Positions 25,191 through 38,062 of a stretch of DNA of 64,000 bases are shown here, one piece after another. A program made the translations under genes and the position numbers. The stretch is from Octopus vulgaris (Eukaryota): assembly GCA_951406725.2 (NCBI GenBank), contig OX597828.1:60698001-60762000 (forward strand). The letters are read 5' to 3'. Within the stretch, counting starts at the first letter, position 1. The number at the start of each line of letters is the position of its first letter. The notes below the pieces were generated by a model. That model saw only the letters and a program-made list of their open reading frames with translations. It was not told the origin of the DNA and ran no database searches.

Positions 25191-25561
25191 ATTTTTTTTT
25201 CGATTCAATTTATTATTATTATTACTAGTATTGTTGTTATACATACATACATACATACATACATACATACATACAAGCATATGTAATGATAATAATGGGT
25301 GGATGTAAACACACGAACAAAGTAAGAATAAACAAAAACAAAAAAACAAAAAAACAAAAACAAAAACAAAATACAAAATACAAATTACATGAACATATAT
25401 AAACAGAAGATACAAATATTACGGCATCCCCCACATACAAACACTAAATAAACATAAACGCACATAGAGATATAAGCATGCGCAAATGAAGACATACAAT
25501 AGAAATACAAAATGGCTGACGGTTAGTAAGGAGAGACACAAATAAGTGAGAAGAAAACAAA

Positions 25562-25606
25562 GGACCACTGATGCGGTCACAGGAGTGTGACGAAAGAACT
25601 CTGGCC
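25562..25606 (+). ncRNA. Minimal hammerhead-like motif in PLE 3' region, A9 replaced by C
   Basis: GGACCA-CTGATGCG-GTCACA ggag TGTGAC-GAA-AGAACT-C-TGGCC. Confidence 0.55.
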
Positions 25607-25782
25607 GAAATAAGATTAAGATTAATGTAAAAAATAAATAACACTGAAGCAAAGTAACACCAAATATATAGTGCGTGTGTTTTTATTGGCTAAACTGGCA
25701 AAATGACCATTCCGAAATATAACAATGTCTGTTTCAACACACGACTTCACATAAAAAATCTTGCACAACAAATATTTAAACG

Positions 25783-25816
<34 letters not shown>

Positions 25817-25936
25817 GAATGGTTGTATACTGTCAATCTAACAAGAACGTGACAGTAGGGGGTACACCACCGTTGTATAGCCCTAGGAGGCATCGAACGC
25901 CTCCTGACAGCTTCGACACATTTTTCCCCGTGTCCT
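25817..25936 (+). repeat. ~120-bp structured interspersed repeat, copy 1
   Basis: Homologous to 46206-46320; three shared hairpins. Confidence 0.7.
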
Positions 25937-25945
25937 TATATACAT

Positions 25946-26121
25946 ATGTTTTCGCCCAAAGGGACAGCTAGGAACATCGTATACACAGAAGTATTCGAGT
26001 GAAGAGAAAACATCGCAACCTACACATGCGCCTTCGTTCCCCAGAGAGAAAGGACTAGATTGGGATTAGTCGTTGCCTACTAGTGGCTCTTACAGACAGA
26101 CACACAGACAGACAAACTGCC

Positions 26122-26130
<9 letters not shown>
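25946..26130 (+). mobile_element. Rearranged Helitron piece: 3' subterminal duplicate fused to an inverted 5' end
   Basis: 25946-26094 repeats 26968-27116; 26095-26130 is the reverse complement of 26211-26246. Confidence 0.85.
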
Positions 26131-26210
<80 letters not shown>

Positions 26211-26219
<9 letters not shown>

Positions 26220-27145
26220 GGCAGTTTGCCTGTCTGTGTGTCTGTCAGGTTGTACCCTCACCTTGACCACGGCTTTCAACCGATTCTGATGAAACTTGAC
26301 ACACACATAGCGCAATGTCATAATTCAAAACTAACGCAGCGAAAATTTTGAAAAGTTCCACCAGTTCTGAAAAAAATCGATAAATTCGACATGGGGTCGA
26401 GAATCAGAAACACAAACCACAGACTGTCTAGGGGACGCAACTCGACCTTTTGAACTCTCAACTCCATCAATATCCAGCTACTTGAAGCTATTGCTGGTGA
26501 TGTCCACGTCTACAAATCTATTTATAGGACAGCAGACCCCGCCGAGCTTGCCGATTATCCTGTTGAATTCCTGAATTCACTTTAACCGCCAGGCCTGCCG
26601 CCACACATCCTGAAGTTAAAAGTTCATTATGCTCATCAGGAATTTGGTTCCACCTAAACAGTGCAACGGGACACGTCTGGTTGTGAAACATTTGCCACCA
26701 CATTTAATAATGGCCACAATACTTACCGGTTGTGGGAAGGGAGAGGACGTCTTCATTCCACGCATGCACCTTCAACCGTCGGGTGCTGACCTACCAATCC
26801 ACTTCAGGCGTTCTCAGTTTCCTGTTAAACTCTGCTTCGCAATGTGCATCAATAAATCCCAAGGCCAAACGCTACAAGTCGCTGGGTTACAGTTGGGCGA
26901 ACAGTGCTTCGCCCACGGTCAACTCTACGTGGGCTGTTCACGCGTTGGGAAGCGCAATGATGTTTTCATGTTTTCGCCCAAAGGGACAGCTAGGAACATC
27001 GTATACACAGAAGTATTCGAGTGAAGAGAAGACATTGCAACCTACACATGCGCCTTCGTTCCCTAGAGAGAAAGGACTAGATTGGGATTAGTCGTTGCCT
27101 ACTAGGGGCTCTTACATACCCGGGCAATGCCGGGCTATGCTGCTA

Positions 27146-27146
<1 letters not shown>
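26211..27146 (+). mobile_element. Internally deleted Helitron with PIF1-type helicase C-terminus
   Basis: YPVEFLNSL*PPGLPPH, MLIRNL...CNGTRL, QFPVKLCFAMCINKSQGQTL, HGQLYVGCSRV; 3' hairpin CCCGGGCAATGCCGGG then CTAG-T. Confidence 0.92.
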
Positions 27147-27190
<44 letters not shown>

Positions 27191-27228
27191 AATACTTTAT
27201 TAAAAAGCAGCAAAAATATCACAAAAGC

Positions 27229-27264
27229 TGTTACTCAGAGTTTCACGTTCCCGTTCGTCGGACA
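27229..27264 (-). ncRNA. Minimal hammerhead-like motif, CCGACGA core
   Basis: TGT-CCGACGA-ACG ggaa CGT-GAA-ACTC t GAGT-A-ACA. Confidence 0.65.
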
Positions 27265-27704
27265 ATTTTGTTTAGAATAGAGCAAGACAAAGTTAAATGC
27301 TGAAATACAATTACTTTGATAGAGACACATTTGAAAACGGTTTTGTTTCATTGGTCCTTTCAACTAACGGACTTTTTAATAACCGGTTGCATAAAATAAC
27401 AAATTGCGGTTTAAACCCATATTATTATAAAAATCGAAGAAAACCTTAAATCAACAATAGCTCATGAGGAAGGAAAAAGGCTTGCATATCCAGTGTAAAT
27501 AATTAGCTTTAAAAATAATAGTAAATTAATAAATTAAAAGATATATTCGTTTAAACATTTTTCATGCTAAATTACATATACATTTAGCAATACATACACA
27601 TACCAAACAATCTATAACATACGTATACATACTAAACATACAGACGTAGGTACATGGCTACATACATATACAGACATATATAGGCAAAACGTAAATATAT
27701 ACAA

Positions 27705-27772
<68 letters not shown>

Positions 27773-28531
27773 GCACGTCTCCCTGTTAATGTATCTCTCA
27801 TGCATGCTACTTCCCCCCTATCTCTTTTGTTATGACATATAATTGCTTTCATTTTGTTTAAAACGTCGTCGTTGTAATGTTTTCTTTCATATTGTGATAG
27901 ACAGATATCATACAGAAAATGTTAGCTTCCAAATCCTGATTTTTCATTGGGTAAAAATTATCAAATTTTAAACCTCTAACATTTTTGTAAATTTTTTCTG
28001 GAATAAATGAACCATAAAATCGGCTCATCAACATGCCAAGTTTGAACATTTCCACTAAATTATAAAATTTCCAAATCTGTGACAGCAATAGAAAGGATCT
28101 CTCTCTCTTTCTCTCTTTCTGTTTCTCTATTTCACTCACGCTTTCCTCTTTGTAAAATAACCCCTCTCTCAATATATTTATCGCACTTTCACTCTCCCTC
28201 TGTGTATGTATATCGCTCACGCTGTGTGTATGTGTGTCTGTGTGTGCGTGCGCGTGTGCTGGTGTGTATAGGTATGTGTCAGTGTGTGTGTATTCATAAA
28301 GAATTTCATTAGGGTGACGGAGTCGAAAGACCCCCACAAAGCGCCAGCAGCAAGCTAAGAAAGATCTTTACATTTATGCACCAAACGGAAAAATAAAAAC
28401 TTAGTTTATCGAAACATTATAAATTACCCGAGATAATGCAGAAAAGCTGTCCTGATCAAGAGGCAGATCGGCCAGAGAAAGAAATTGAAATAAAGGCATT
28501 TTATTGTAAAAATTGTTCGGCAATGACAGGA

Positions 28532-28575
<44 letters not shown>

Positions 28576-28700
28576 CATGTGTATACGTGTATAAGAATAT
28601 ATAGTGTACAAAATGTGGATGGTATGGAAGGCAGTGACGCCTGCATGAGGGGACTAATCCATCTTTTTTATTATGACTGCTATCCCCTAGGACACATACA

Positions 28701-28732
<32 letters not shown>

Positions 28733-28769
28733 TACACACACACACGATATTATATTTTATACAATATAT

Positions 28770-28995
28770 TTTTCTTTTGTTTCAGTCATTGGACTGCGGC
28801 CCTGCTGGAGAAACGCTTTTGAAGGTTTTAGTTGAAAGGATCAGCTACTTAATTTTCAGTCTGGTTCATTTTCCATCGTCTCTTTTGACGTACCACTAAG
28901 TCACGAGGACGTAAGCAAATCAACACCGATTGTCAAGTGGTGGGGGAACAAAAACAGACACAAAGACATACATACATCAGTTTCTGTTTACCAAA
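28770..28995 (-). mobile_element. SINE family B, partial
   Basis: TTTCAGTCATTGGACTGCGGCC...GATTGTCAAG, similar to 6600-6850. Confidence 0.7.
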
Positions 28996-29568
28996 TGATG
29001 TTCCATTTTATCTGGGGAACACCATTGTTAAAGCCAGAAAATACAGAGGATAGGGCACCAAATGTGAACTCTAAATCACTGAAAAACTAAATATCATATA
29101 GTCAAAAGATAACATCCTAAATATTAGGGATGAAATTTGCTCTCTCTGCATACACAAGCAATATTTCACACTTAAACACTTCAAAGAAGAACCACTACAT
29201 GCGCCGCTAATTCCACAAAATAAAATTTTGTGAACGTGAAATTTGAATATACTTAACAGAAAGAAGAAAAATTGTTAAAATATTAAGATATTTTCGTATT
29301 TTTCTTAACATGAAACCAATGGTAGCCTTAATTCACTAATAAAGAAATTCTATCCACCAATGCGTCGCAGAGCACTGAGCATTTTCCTCGTTTGAATTTA
29401 CAAACTGATATTTTAGAGTTTGTTATTCACGGTTTAAATAGGGAGTCTTTAAATATACACATATGCATACGCAAACACACACACACGCATGCATGCGCAC
29501 ACACGCATGTATGCACACACACGCATGCACACACACGCGCGCGCGCATGGGCGCAGGTGTGTCTGTGT

Positions 29569-29707
29569 GGTAAGAACCTTGCTTCACAACCACATAGCTC
29601 CGAGTTCAGTTCCACTGCGTGACAACTTGGGTAAGTGTCTTCTAGTATAGCCTAGGATCGACCAAAGCATTGTAAGTGGAATTTTAGACGGAAACTGAAA
29701 GTCCATC

Positions 29708-29746
<39 letters not shown>

Positions 29747-29946
29747 ATTTATGTGCCTGTTTTTTGTCTGTGTCTGCCCCCCACCCATTGCTTGACAACC
29801 GATGTTGTATTTACGTTTCCGTATCTAGCAGTTCAGTAAAAGAGACCGATTGAATAAGTCCTGGGGTCTTACAAAGAATAAGTCCTGGGGTCGGTTTCTT
29901 TAAGGCTGTGCTCCAATATGGCCGCAGTCAAATGACTGAAACAAGT
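29569..29946 (+). mobile_element. SINE family B, full length
   Basis: GGCGCAGGTGTGTCTGTGTGGTAAG...GAGTTCAGTTCC...GACGGAAACTGAAAG...GCAGTCAAATGACTGAAAC. Confidence 0.8.
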
Positions 29947-29959
29947 TTTATATATATAT

Positions 29960-30818
29960 GGTAAAAGAAAGATGGGAGATGGAATATACGAGAATTTAAA
30001 TTTTAGTTACGACAATTGTTTCGACACATCTAGCATCTATCGCTCATGGGCGGGACACTTAGCAACTGGTTCAGGAGCATCCGGCGGTGCAGATGTGTTT
30101 CTTCGGCTGGTAAATAGATACAACTCGTTAAAATAACTCTTCCGCAATATATCTTCTCATTTTGTAGAAAGAAAAGCAGCAAAACGAAGGAAATATCTTC
30201 ATTTATATAGAAGATCAAAAATAAAATCACAGATGCAAAAAAGAAACGAACATGCAATCCAGCGAGAAAAGTATTTAAAATAACCGATAACAAATATGGG
30301 TGTATAACTGCCCTCGCGCAAGCTGCATGGCGCGAGTGCACTCGCTCATACAAGCATCCACGAAAATGTAAGCATACGCACACATGTGTGCTTTGCTGCA
30401 CTCACGACCACAAAGCGAGTTAAATAGCTACTTGGTGTTTATAAGAATGTAGAGGTTAAAACCAAACTTAATTCATCCATACCTCAAGGTAGATTGTGTT
30501 AACAGTTCCTCAAATTCACTCCCACTGCATTGTGCGAAAGTACATTTATATGCGTACAGGTATCTTGAGAGTCTTTCAGAAATTCTATTAATGATCTCAT
30601 TGGTCCACAGAATTGACAAGAATTCCTCGGAGTAGAACCGGCATCTGGAAATTATATTGTATGGTTTTGCATGCCTTACTATGGACCAAATTATGTTGTA
30701 CTCAATTTTATCTTCCTTCAGTCGCCATAAAAAATCCGTCAAAGATGTTAAATATCTCTTATTGATTCTCTTGAAGCTGGCAACATGTTTGCGATAACGA
30801 TTCTTAACAGAATCAGCC

Positions 30819-30820
<2 letters not shown>
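29960..30820 (-). mobile_element. PLE 3' end: GIY-YIG C-terminus plus 3' non-coding region
   Basis: KNRYRKHVASFK...TSLTDFLWRLKEDKIEYNIIWSIVRHAKPY...CRF; non-coding part homologous to 50720-51090. Confidence 0.75.
30007..30113 (-). ncRNA. Degenerate hammerhead, long stem-loop II
   Basis: CCGAAGA-AACACATCT...AGATGTGTC-GAA-ACAATTGT-C; stem I poor. Confidence 0.5.
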
Positions 30821-30903
<83 letters not shown>

Positions 30904-31313
30904 CAATTCATCAAATCCTAATATACATCACACCATATCATAGAATTTTATTTTAATACTTACTATTTCAGTTCTAAATTTCTCTTCTACACGTGTTTCA
31001 TGAGGTGAGTTTAACGTTCCTTAGACATTCAGTCTTTTACAGGAATATGTTTTAACTGCAATGCCAATCGTCAGGACTCTTGATAACTTTATTATAATTC
31101 AACAACAATTTCTGTATTTTAATATTTTAACAGTTACGAATGTAATTAACAGACAAATATGCGTGTGTGCAAATAAATTCGCCGAACCTTACTGTGCAAG
31201 CCATAATTTTATTGATTAAAAATTTAAAATTTACAAAACTAAATTCAAACGTGACTTATGCTAATAAACATGTATATAAATCAATAATATGTAGGAATGA
31301 AAATTATAATATA

Positions 31314-32150
31314 CTAGCTTAAGGTGACCCGCTCTACGCGCGGGTAAGAGTGTGTTTGTTACTTTCTGTTGCTTTCTTTCTATTTTTTATCACCATATTT
31401 TCCCTCTTTGTTTCTCTATCCTTTCTCTCTCACTTTCCCACGCTCTTACTCTGCCTTTCTCTCGGACTCTCCCTCATTTTTTCTTACTCTCTATCTTTCT
31501 CTATATAAGTTTCTCCCATTTATAAACAACAAAAGATCTTGAGTAAGTTGAGAAAGAAAATAGTTTGAAAGATCAATCATAAATATCAGGCAGTGACAAA
31601 GGAATGGTATGCTTCAAAGCAGACAGAAAAACACTAACATTTAAAAGGGACAAAGTTTGAAGGGATATAATCTGAGGATAGTAAAGTCACCATGGCTGGC
31701 ATTTCTTAACGACGGACAGTAACATAGTGGCAGTTTAACGGCTGGCGTAAAATTTTGAACTTGATGTAAAAGAAAATTCCTAAACACCAAGTTTTGAAAT
31801 GATTCTTTCTCACGACAGTAGACTCACCATGGCAAGCATTCAAAACTTCTTCATGATGGACGGCAACACATTGAAGATTTAAAGGCTGGCACAAATTTTT
31901 TAGCTTGATGTAACAGAGAATTCCTAAACACCCGCTCCTGTAAATTTTAATCTCCTTCCAGCTCCATTTAGACCCCTTTTCCCATTTTGGTTAATATAAC
32001 TCAATTTCATTCGGGTCTACTCGGGCCATATTTTATAAGAGGAGGAATTTTGTCCTTGGAGGTCACGCCTTTCATTTGAGGAAAAAAATAGTTACCATGC
32101 AAACTCTTAACATAGATGCGCATATTTTCAGCTCAACTGACCACATAATG

Positions 32151-32205
<55 letters not shown>

Positions 32206-32306
32206 GCATTAAATATATATATGTACATATATACGCTTTATATATATATGTGTGTGTGTGTACACATTATATATGCAAATGTATACTAATTATATATATA
32301 TATATG

Positions 32307-32357
<51 letters not shown>

Positions 32358-32409
32358 CAGATATATACACTTTGTATATATACATTATATATACATATTC
32401 ATATATAGA

Positions 32410-32442
<33 letters not shown>

Positions 32443-32542
32443 AATTAACCCAATAAATATCTGATTCATAATATTTGTTCTCATGATTGTGTGGTGGTGG
32501 TGGTGGCGGCGATAATAATTCTCTCTATGAATGCAGACGGAC

Positions 32543-32597
<55 letters not shown>

Positions 32598-32921
32598 GGT
32601 AGAAAGAGTGATGGCGACAGGGAAAAGATAGTAGACGTTGTCAAACGACGTTATAGAGAGAACGTGAAAGGAAGGGAGGAAAGAGAGAGACACGGAGGAA
32701 GACAAGCAGATAAGAGAATGAGAGAAGACTTGTCAAAGTGTACGTTTTTTGTCCTAGTAACCACACCTTGTAAGATAGGGATTTCTAACCTAGCCCACTC
32801 ACATCCTCACCTCATTTTACATGTCCCTGTAAATTTTGGAGTCAATCCGACGGGATCTAGTGCCCTTTAACACGTTCCACTGCCAAAACCAGACAAACTT
32901 TTTGCATTTCAGATTTATAGA
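31314..32921 (-). mobile_element. Non-autonomous Helitron-like element with internal microsatellites
   Basis: Minus strand starts TCTATAAATCTG; ends ACCCGCGCGTAGAGCGGGT hairpin then CTAG-T; continuity between the ends inferred. Confidence 0.6.
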
Positions 32922-32953
32922 TACTGATATGATAATAGTGATAATATATAATA

Positions 32954-32999
<46 letters not shown>

Positions 33000-33005
<6 letters not shown>

Positions 33006-33920
33006 GTAAAAAGTGAAAAAACTACATAAGGCTTGTTTTATAAGGTTAAAGAATATATTTGAGTCATTATGTTGGAAGAATGTTATAAAATTTTTTCATA
33101 CAGTAACATAGTTTTTGAAGAAATTACCGGTTTCGTGTTAACTTTTCAAATTTCTCCAGTGTCTTTACCTACATTGTGTTATGCCTTCGTTATGAAGTGC
33201 AAAGAAGAGTTCCAGGTAGGGGGAGGTAATAAGCGATTTCTTCCGGTATAAGGGAGATAATCGCTTTATATTTCTTTTCCCTTTATTTAATGGGATGAGT
33301 TTCTCTGTATAAGAATGTTAGAGTGGTTAAGTTTGGTTTATATTTTTCAATGAAGAATGTTTCCTTGTTTAATCTAATTTGTGTTGGTGTTCCAATAGCA
33401 CATTGATAGAATGGAAAGATTAAAAATTGTGGTAGTAGTTGCTTTGCGCATTTCTCAATATGCTCACTAAAGGGTATCATTCTGTATTCTGTATTCTGTT
33501 GTCGATGCAGAGTGCATCTACGTCTGAGTGATAGTCCCGTGGACCCCACGTAGTTTTGGTGGCAGCCCGAGCACCTTATGGCATAAATTATGTTTTCAGA
33601 AGCACAAGTAAAATTAGATTTGATCTTGAATTTTTGTCCCTCTTTGAAAAGGAATTCTGATCCTTCTAGAAGGTTTGGGCATGTTGCGCAGTTTGGTCTA
33701 CCACATTTTTTTACTTTTGCATCCGTAGTTTCAGAAAACAATTTTGCCTTTGTGAGAATCTTTTTAAGTGATTTAGGTTGTTTGTAACTTTTAATGATTT
33801 TATGTATGTTTAGAATTTCCTTTAATTTGGGGTCCTTATGAAGTATTGGTAAATTCTGGGTGATGATGGTGAAGGCTTCTTTGTTTCTGGGGTTGTATGT
33901 GGATATGTAAGGCAGTATTT
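33000..33920 (-). mobile_element. PLE 3' fragment: Cys knuckle, GIY-YIG and 3' region
   Basis: KCGRPNCATC, FTCASENIIYAIRCSGCHQNYVGSTGLSLRRRCTLHR, RLNKETFFIEKYKPNL. Confidence 0.85.
33125..33159 (-). ncRNA. Hammerhead relic downstream of the PLE ORF
   Basis: CTGGAGA...GAA-ACCGGT-A; palindromic stem III, stems I and II eroded. Confidence 0.3.
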
Positions 33921-33921
33921 A

Positions 33922-34397
33922 AGACCCATACATTATAGCGAGAAATGTATCCTAGCTTCACTAGGTGTTTATTAACCATACTTTTAGAAACTTCCAGCTC
34001 CTCTGCAAGTTCTCTAGTCGTGATATTTGAGTTTTCTTCGATTTTTGCCTTCAAAACATCTTCCTCGAAATTTGAAGGTCTTCCACTGCGACTGTCATCT
34101 TCCAAGCTAAATTCTCCAGTTTTAGATTTTGAAAGCCACATTCGAATAATTGATTCACCGACAGCATCATCATCACCATAAACTTCACAAATATTTTTGC
34201 AAGTATTTGCCGTATTTTGGTTATCCATTTCAAATGTCAATAAAGGGTAACCGGAATGAAAGATAAATCTATTTTAGCCAGGAACAAAGAAGAGATGCAC
34301 TACCACTTCAAGCACCGCCAAAGTTACGCTTCGGGTGTGTTCAATGAAATGTTAAGAAATTTAGCTTAAAAACGCTCAGAACTTTCCAGACAACCTA
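33922..34397 (-). mobile_element. mariner 5' end and HTH region
   Basis: TACTAGGTTGTCTGGAAAGTT terminus; NICEVYGD, SLEDDSRSGRPS, TTRELAEELEVS, YNVWV (WVPHEL cut short). Confidence 0.85.
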
Positions 34398-34541
34398 GTA
34401 TATAGATGATCATATGTGTGCGTATGTATGTGCTGGAAGAGGTACCCAAAAGTATCAGGAAACGTTCTCTGTGGAACAAGCCAGTTGTAGCTCAGGTTTC
34501 CGTTGCTAGAAGCCACTCAAGCATCAGTTTGTATTATATAA

Positions 34542-36028
34542 TCTCTCTATATATAAAACTGCGAATGTGTATCTGTCTGTCAGTCTGTTTCTCTAAAACT
34601 TGAGAACTACTCAACCAATTTCCTTCAAATTTTACACATGCCTTACTTAGGGTCCGGGGAGTGTCATTCGCAAAAAATTTTAACTTTTTGCTTAGGGCGA
34701 GCCCACAGCAATATCATATCTTCTCCACTACGATTCCCTAAAACTTGAGAACTACACAACCAATTTCATTCAAACTTTACACATGCCTTAGGGCGAGCCC
34801 ACAGCAATATCATATCTTCTCCACTACGATTCCCTAAAACTTGAGAACTACACAACCAATTTCATTCAAACTTTACACATGCCTTACTTAGGGTCCATGT
34901 AGTTTCATGGGCAAAAAATGTTCAACTTCTTGCCTAGGGCGAGCCCATAGCAATATCATATCTTCTCCACTATTTCAGTATTACGTGTTAAAAGTGAAAC
35001 AAAAACATTTCTCTATTTTATGTCAGATACTTTCATTTTAACATTAAAAATTAGAGATAATAATAACCATTGAATTATATGTAGTAAGTAATAATTAAAA
35101 TCAAACTAAAGTATAATATAATCGTAACATAACAAAAGTAAAAATAGCAATTGGTATAAAATTGCATCAATGACTTGAACTTGAATAAGTGGTTTCACAT
35201 GAATGGGAATAAATCAAAAATAAAATTAGTTGCATTTGTTAAATAATTGTAAACTGTAACCCTGCCCCTTTGGGAGAAGGAGCTTTGGTTATTGTTTAAA
35301 AATTGAATTGTGTCCCTGTTTGGGGAAATTGACAATATTTTCACCGTTTATACGGAAGCATTTTTGTTAGAATGCCTTCGATAGAAGAAAGTTCAAAAAT
35401 GAATTTCGCTAGCCGTCGGCGGGCGCGAACTCATTAAAATTAAAATGGAAGAAGTACAAACCTATTTCGGATTGATCACCGACAAAGTCAGTGAATCTAG
35501 GATAACACCACCAAACGAAATAAAAAATTAAATTAAAGAAAAGACTATTGTCTATAAAGTATACAATGTAGAGAGAAAAAAAGATTTGAACACCTGGAGG
35601 AAAGCACCTTCGAAAAGTGTCAACAGAAGCAAGGTTCGAGTCAACGGAGCGTGCAAGGGAGTACTCGACTCGAACCTTGCAAAGTGGAAATAATTTATTT
35701 TTACCTTTATATCTGGGACGTAGGACGTTCTGGATAAGAATTAAAAATGTTCCCCCAGAAGTAGAGGTAGGCTGGATTGTAGCCACACTTCTATACAAGA
35801 GGGAGGACAAGATACAATTGATCGAAATTGCAAGAGACGGGCCTACAATTCCAGTCTGTTATGTATTTTGAGTATTGTTATCACTAGCGATATCAAGATA
35901 TAACTTTGTATTTTGTATTTTATGTGTAGATGTATATATATAGATGTACATGTAATATGTACACATATATATACACATATATACATGCACTAGCACTATG
36001 ACCCGGCAACGACGGGTCATAATGCTAG
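34542..36028 (+). mobile_element. Non-autonomous Helitron-like element with internal tandem repeats
   Basis: TCTCTCTATATATAAAAC start; repeat units at 34593, 34738, 34834; GACCCGGCAACGACGGGTC hairpin and CTAG-T end; single-element reading is inferred. Confidence 0.6.
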
Positions 36029-36149
36029 TTATATAATATATATATAAATGAATATTATATATAAATATGTAATGTGTATAAATATATAGTATATATACCT
36101 ATATAATATATATAAACATATACCTAAACTGCTAAAAATTTCCAATGTT

Positions 36150-37220
36150 AGAATCCGTGCTAAACTGCTGCACTGGATCAAGTATTTCCTGGTGAATAGA
36201 ACCAAACAAGTTGTGATCGATAGAATTTACTCAAGTCCAGCAAAAGACACTCGTGGTGTTCCCCAGGAGGCCGGTTTGTGTTCACTTCTCTTCCTAGTCA
36301 GTATAAACAATATCTCTGTATCATAAAAATATTTGCAGATGACTCCAAGTTCTAAATTCTTTTCCAAGGAGCAGACCGAACAAAACTCCTGCCTGATCTA
36401 CATGTTGTAAGTGAATGAGCGGACAGAAACAATATGCTGTCAAATGTGGAGAAATTTGAACACATGCAGTCTAGGAAAGCATATGCGTTCAATCAGTAAT
36501 AGTCTCTTCCTTCAGGAAAACCACTCACAGCCTGAGTGACGTCGGAGAGATTTCGGAGTGGAGTAACTGTTGACAAAATTCTCAGCTGGAATATTCACGT
36601 CAACTAGAAAGTCGATGTGACTCGGTCGATGAGCTCCTGGATCCTTAGAAAATTTCCGGATTAGAGAGCAGATGTCTCCATTCCCATTTTCTTCTCCTTT
36701 GTACAGCCACATCTAAAATAGTACTGCTCCCTTGTGCAAAACAAAATATTACGAGAATTGAATCACTTCAGAGATCAATCACAAAATACATGAATAAATG
36801 CATGAGTGATCTAGGTTATTCTCCAACGCCACCATGAATATTGCACCATTTGCAGAATGTGGAGAATAAACCACCACGATTGCCCAGGCGACCTTAACAT
36901 CAAATTCAGAATTCATTCAAATCTGGGAATCCATGCCATACAATACTACATAACTCAGGTTTACTGCCGCGCAATTTATTTTCCCTCAAAGGCTTTGTTT
37001 CATTTACATTGTACCAAAACAGATCAAAGAAAAAAGGAAGATCCTATTACCTTCAAACGATAGGTGGAAAAATTTCTTCAAGAGATGTCGAACAAATCTG
37101 GATACATCTCAGTTAGCCACAACTCCCTACTTAACATAGAAATGACATAACAGAATTTATCAGGTGGTGCTATTAGGTCAGCCATGGCCTGGGTCACTTT
37201 TGACCGAAACATATATAAGG
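36150..37220 (+). mobile_element. CR1/Jockey-group LINE RT 3' relic
   Basis: WIKYFLVNRTKQVVID...GVPQEAGLCSLLFLVSINNI...KIFADDSK. Confidence 0.75.
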
Positions 37221-37889
37221 TCGATAAATATAAAATATATGTATGTTATAACTATGTAAGGAGGTGTGTGTGTGTGTAAGCACAGACATAGTTGCGTGTT
37301 TAAAACTGTTCAGAGGCACGTAGGTACGATTTAGTGTCATGGGTGCATGTCTCATTGCAAGCCTCTTCTCGACTAATCCCTTGTGAGTGAATTGTATGCA
37401 TTCAGTACATGTATGTGTGGCGCAACATGGCTGGACTGAAACAAATAAGAGAATAGTTTTATACTCCGCTACGCCATTGCAGCCACCAGAAAATAACACA
37501 AAGCGTATACATTAATATATGTATTTAAGAATATTTGTTATACTAGAGCTACTTTTACTTCATTTGTAAATTTACTCTTAGGGCATACCAACTTATGATT
37601 TTACAAGCCATGAGCATATAAGTCGTTGGACTGGCCAGCTGACTCGCCTTCAACCCAGACGTGTAGGTGGTTTTGATAAGCCAAAAAATCAATGTCCATC
37701 ACTCCCAAAAGGGATTGAGGGTGAGTTATCTCGCCTGTTCATGGCGCTATATATATACACATATACACATATATATATATATATATATACACATACACAC
37801 ATACATACGTCTACATAACAGCCCACTAACTATTCTATTAGTATATATATGTAAAAACTGTGGGTGTAGGGGTATGGCTACCAACTATG

Positions 37890-38062
37890 TATGTATCCTA
37901 TTTAATACTGGGGATGTTTTATTTATGAGGAGGTACTCCTGTATTTGTCTGAGTGTTGGGTTTTTCGGGTGCTTGAATAAAATGCGGACCCAGGTTGACA
38001 CAGGTTGCCTTCATGTTGGTCTTTGGCATGCTGGTAGAGTATGGAGGACTGTTTTTGTCGTC
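37890..38062 (-). mobile_element. PLE GIY-YIG C-terminal fragment related to the 24.8 kb copy
   Basis: QSSILYQHAKDQH / RILFKHPKNPTLRQIQEYLLINKTSPVLNR aligns with [12 protein letters not shown] / [30 protein letters not shown]. Confidence 0.7.

Larger units (their letters stand above)
22045..25726 (+). mobile_element. Penelope-like element, 5'-truncated, preceded by an inverted copy of its own 3' ~1.4 kb
   Basis: 22045-23470 is the reverse complement of 24341-25726; RT and GIY-YIG coding sequence on plus strand. Confidence 0.92.
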
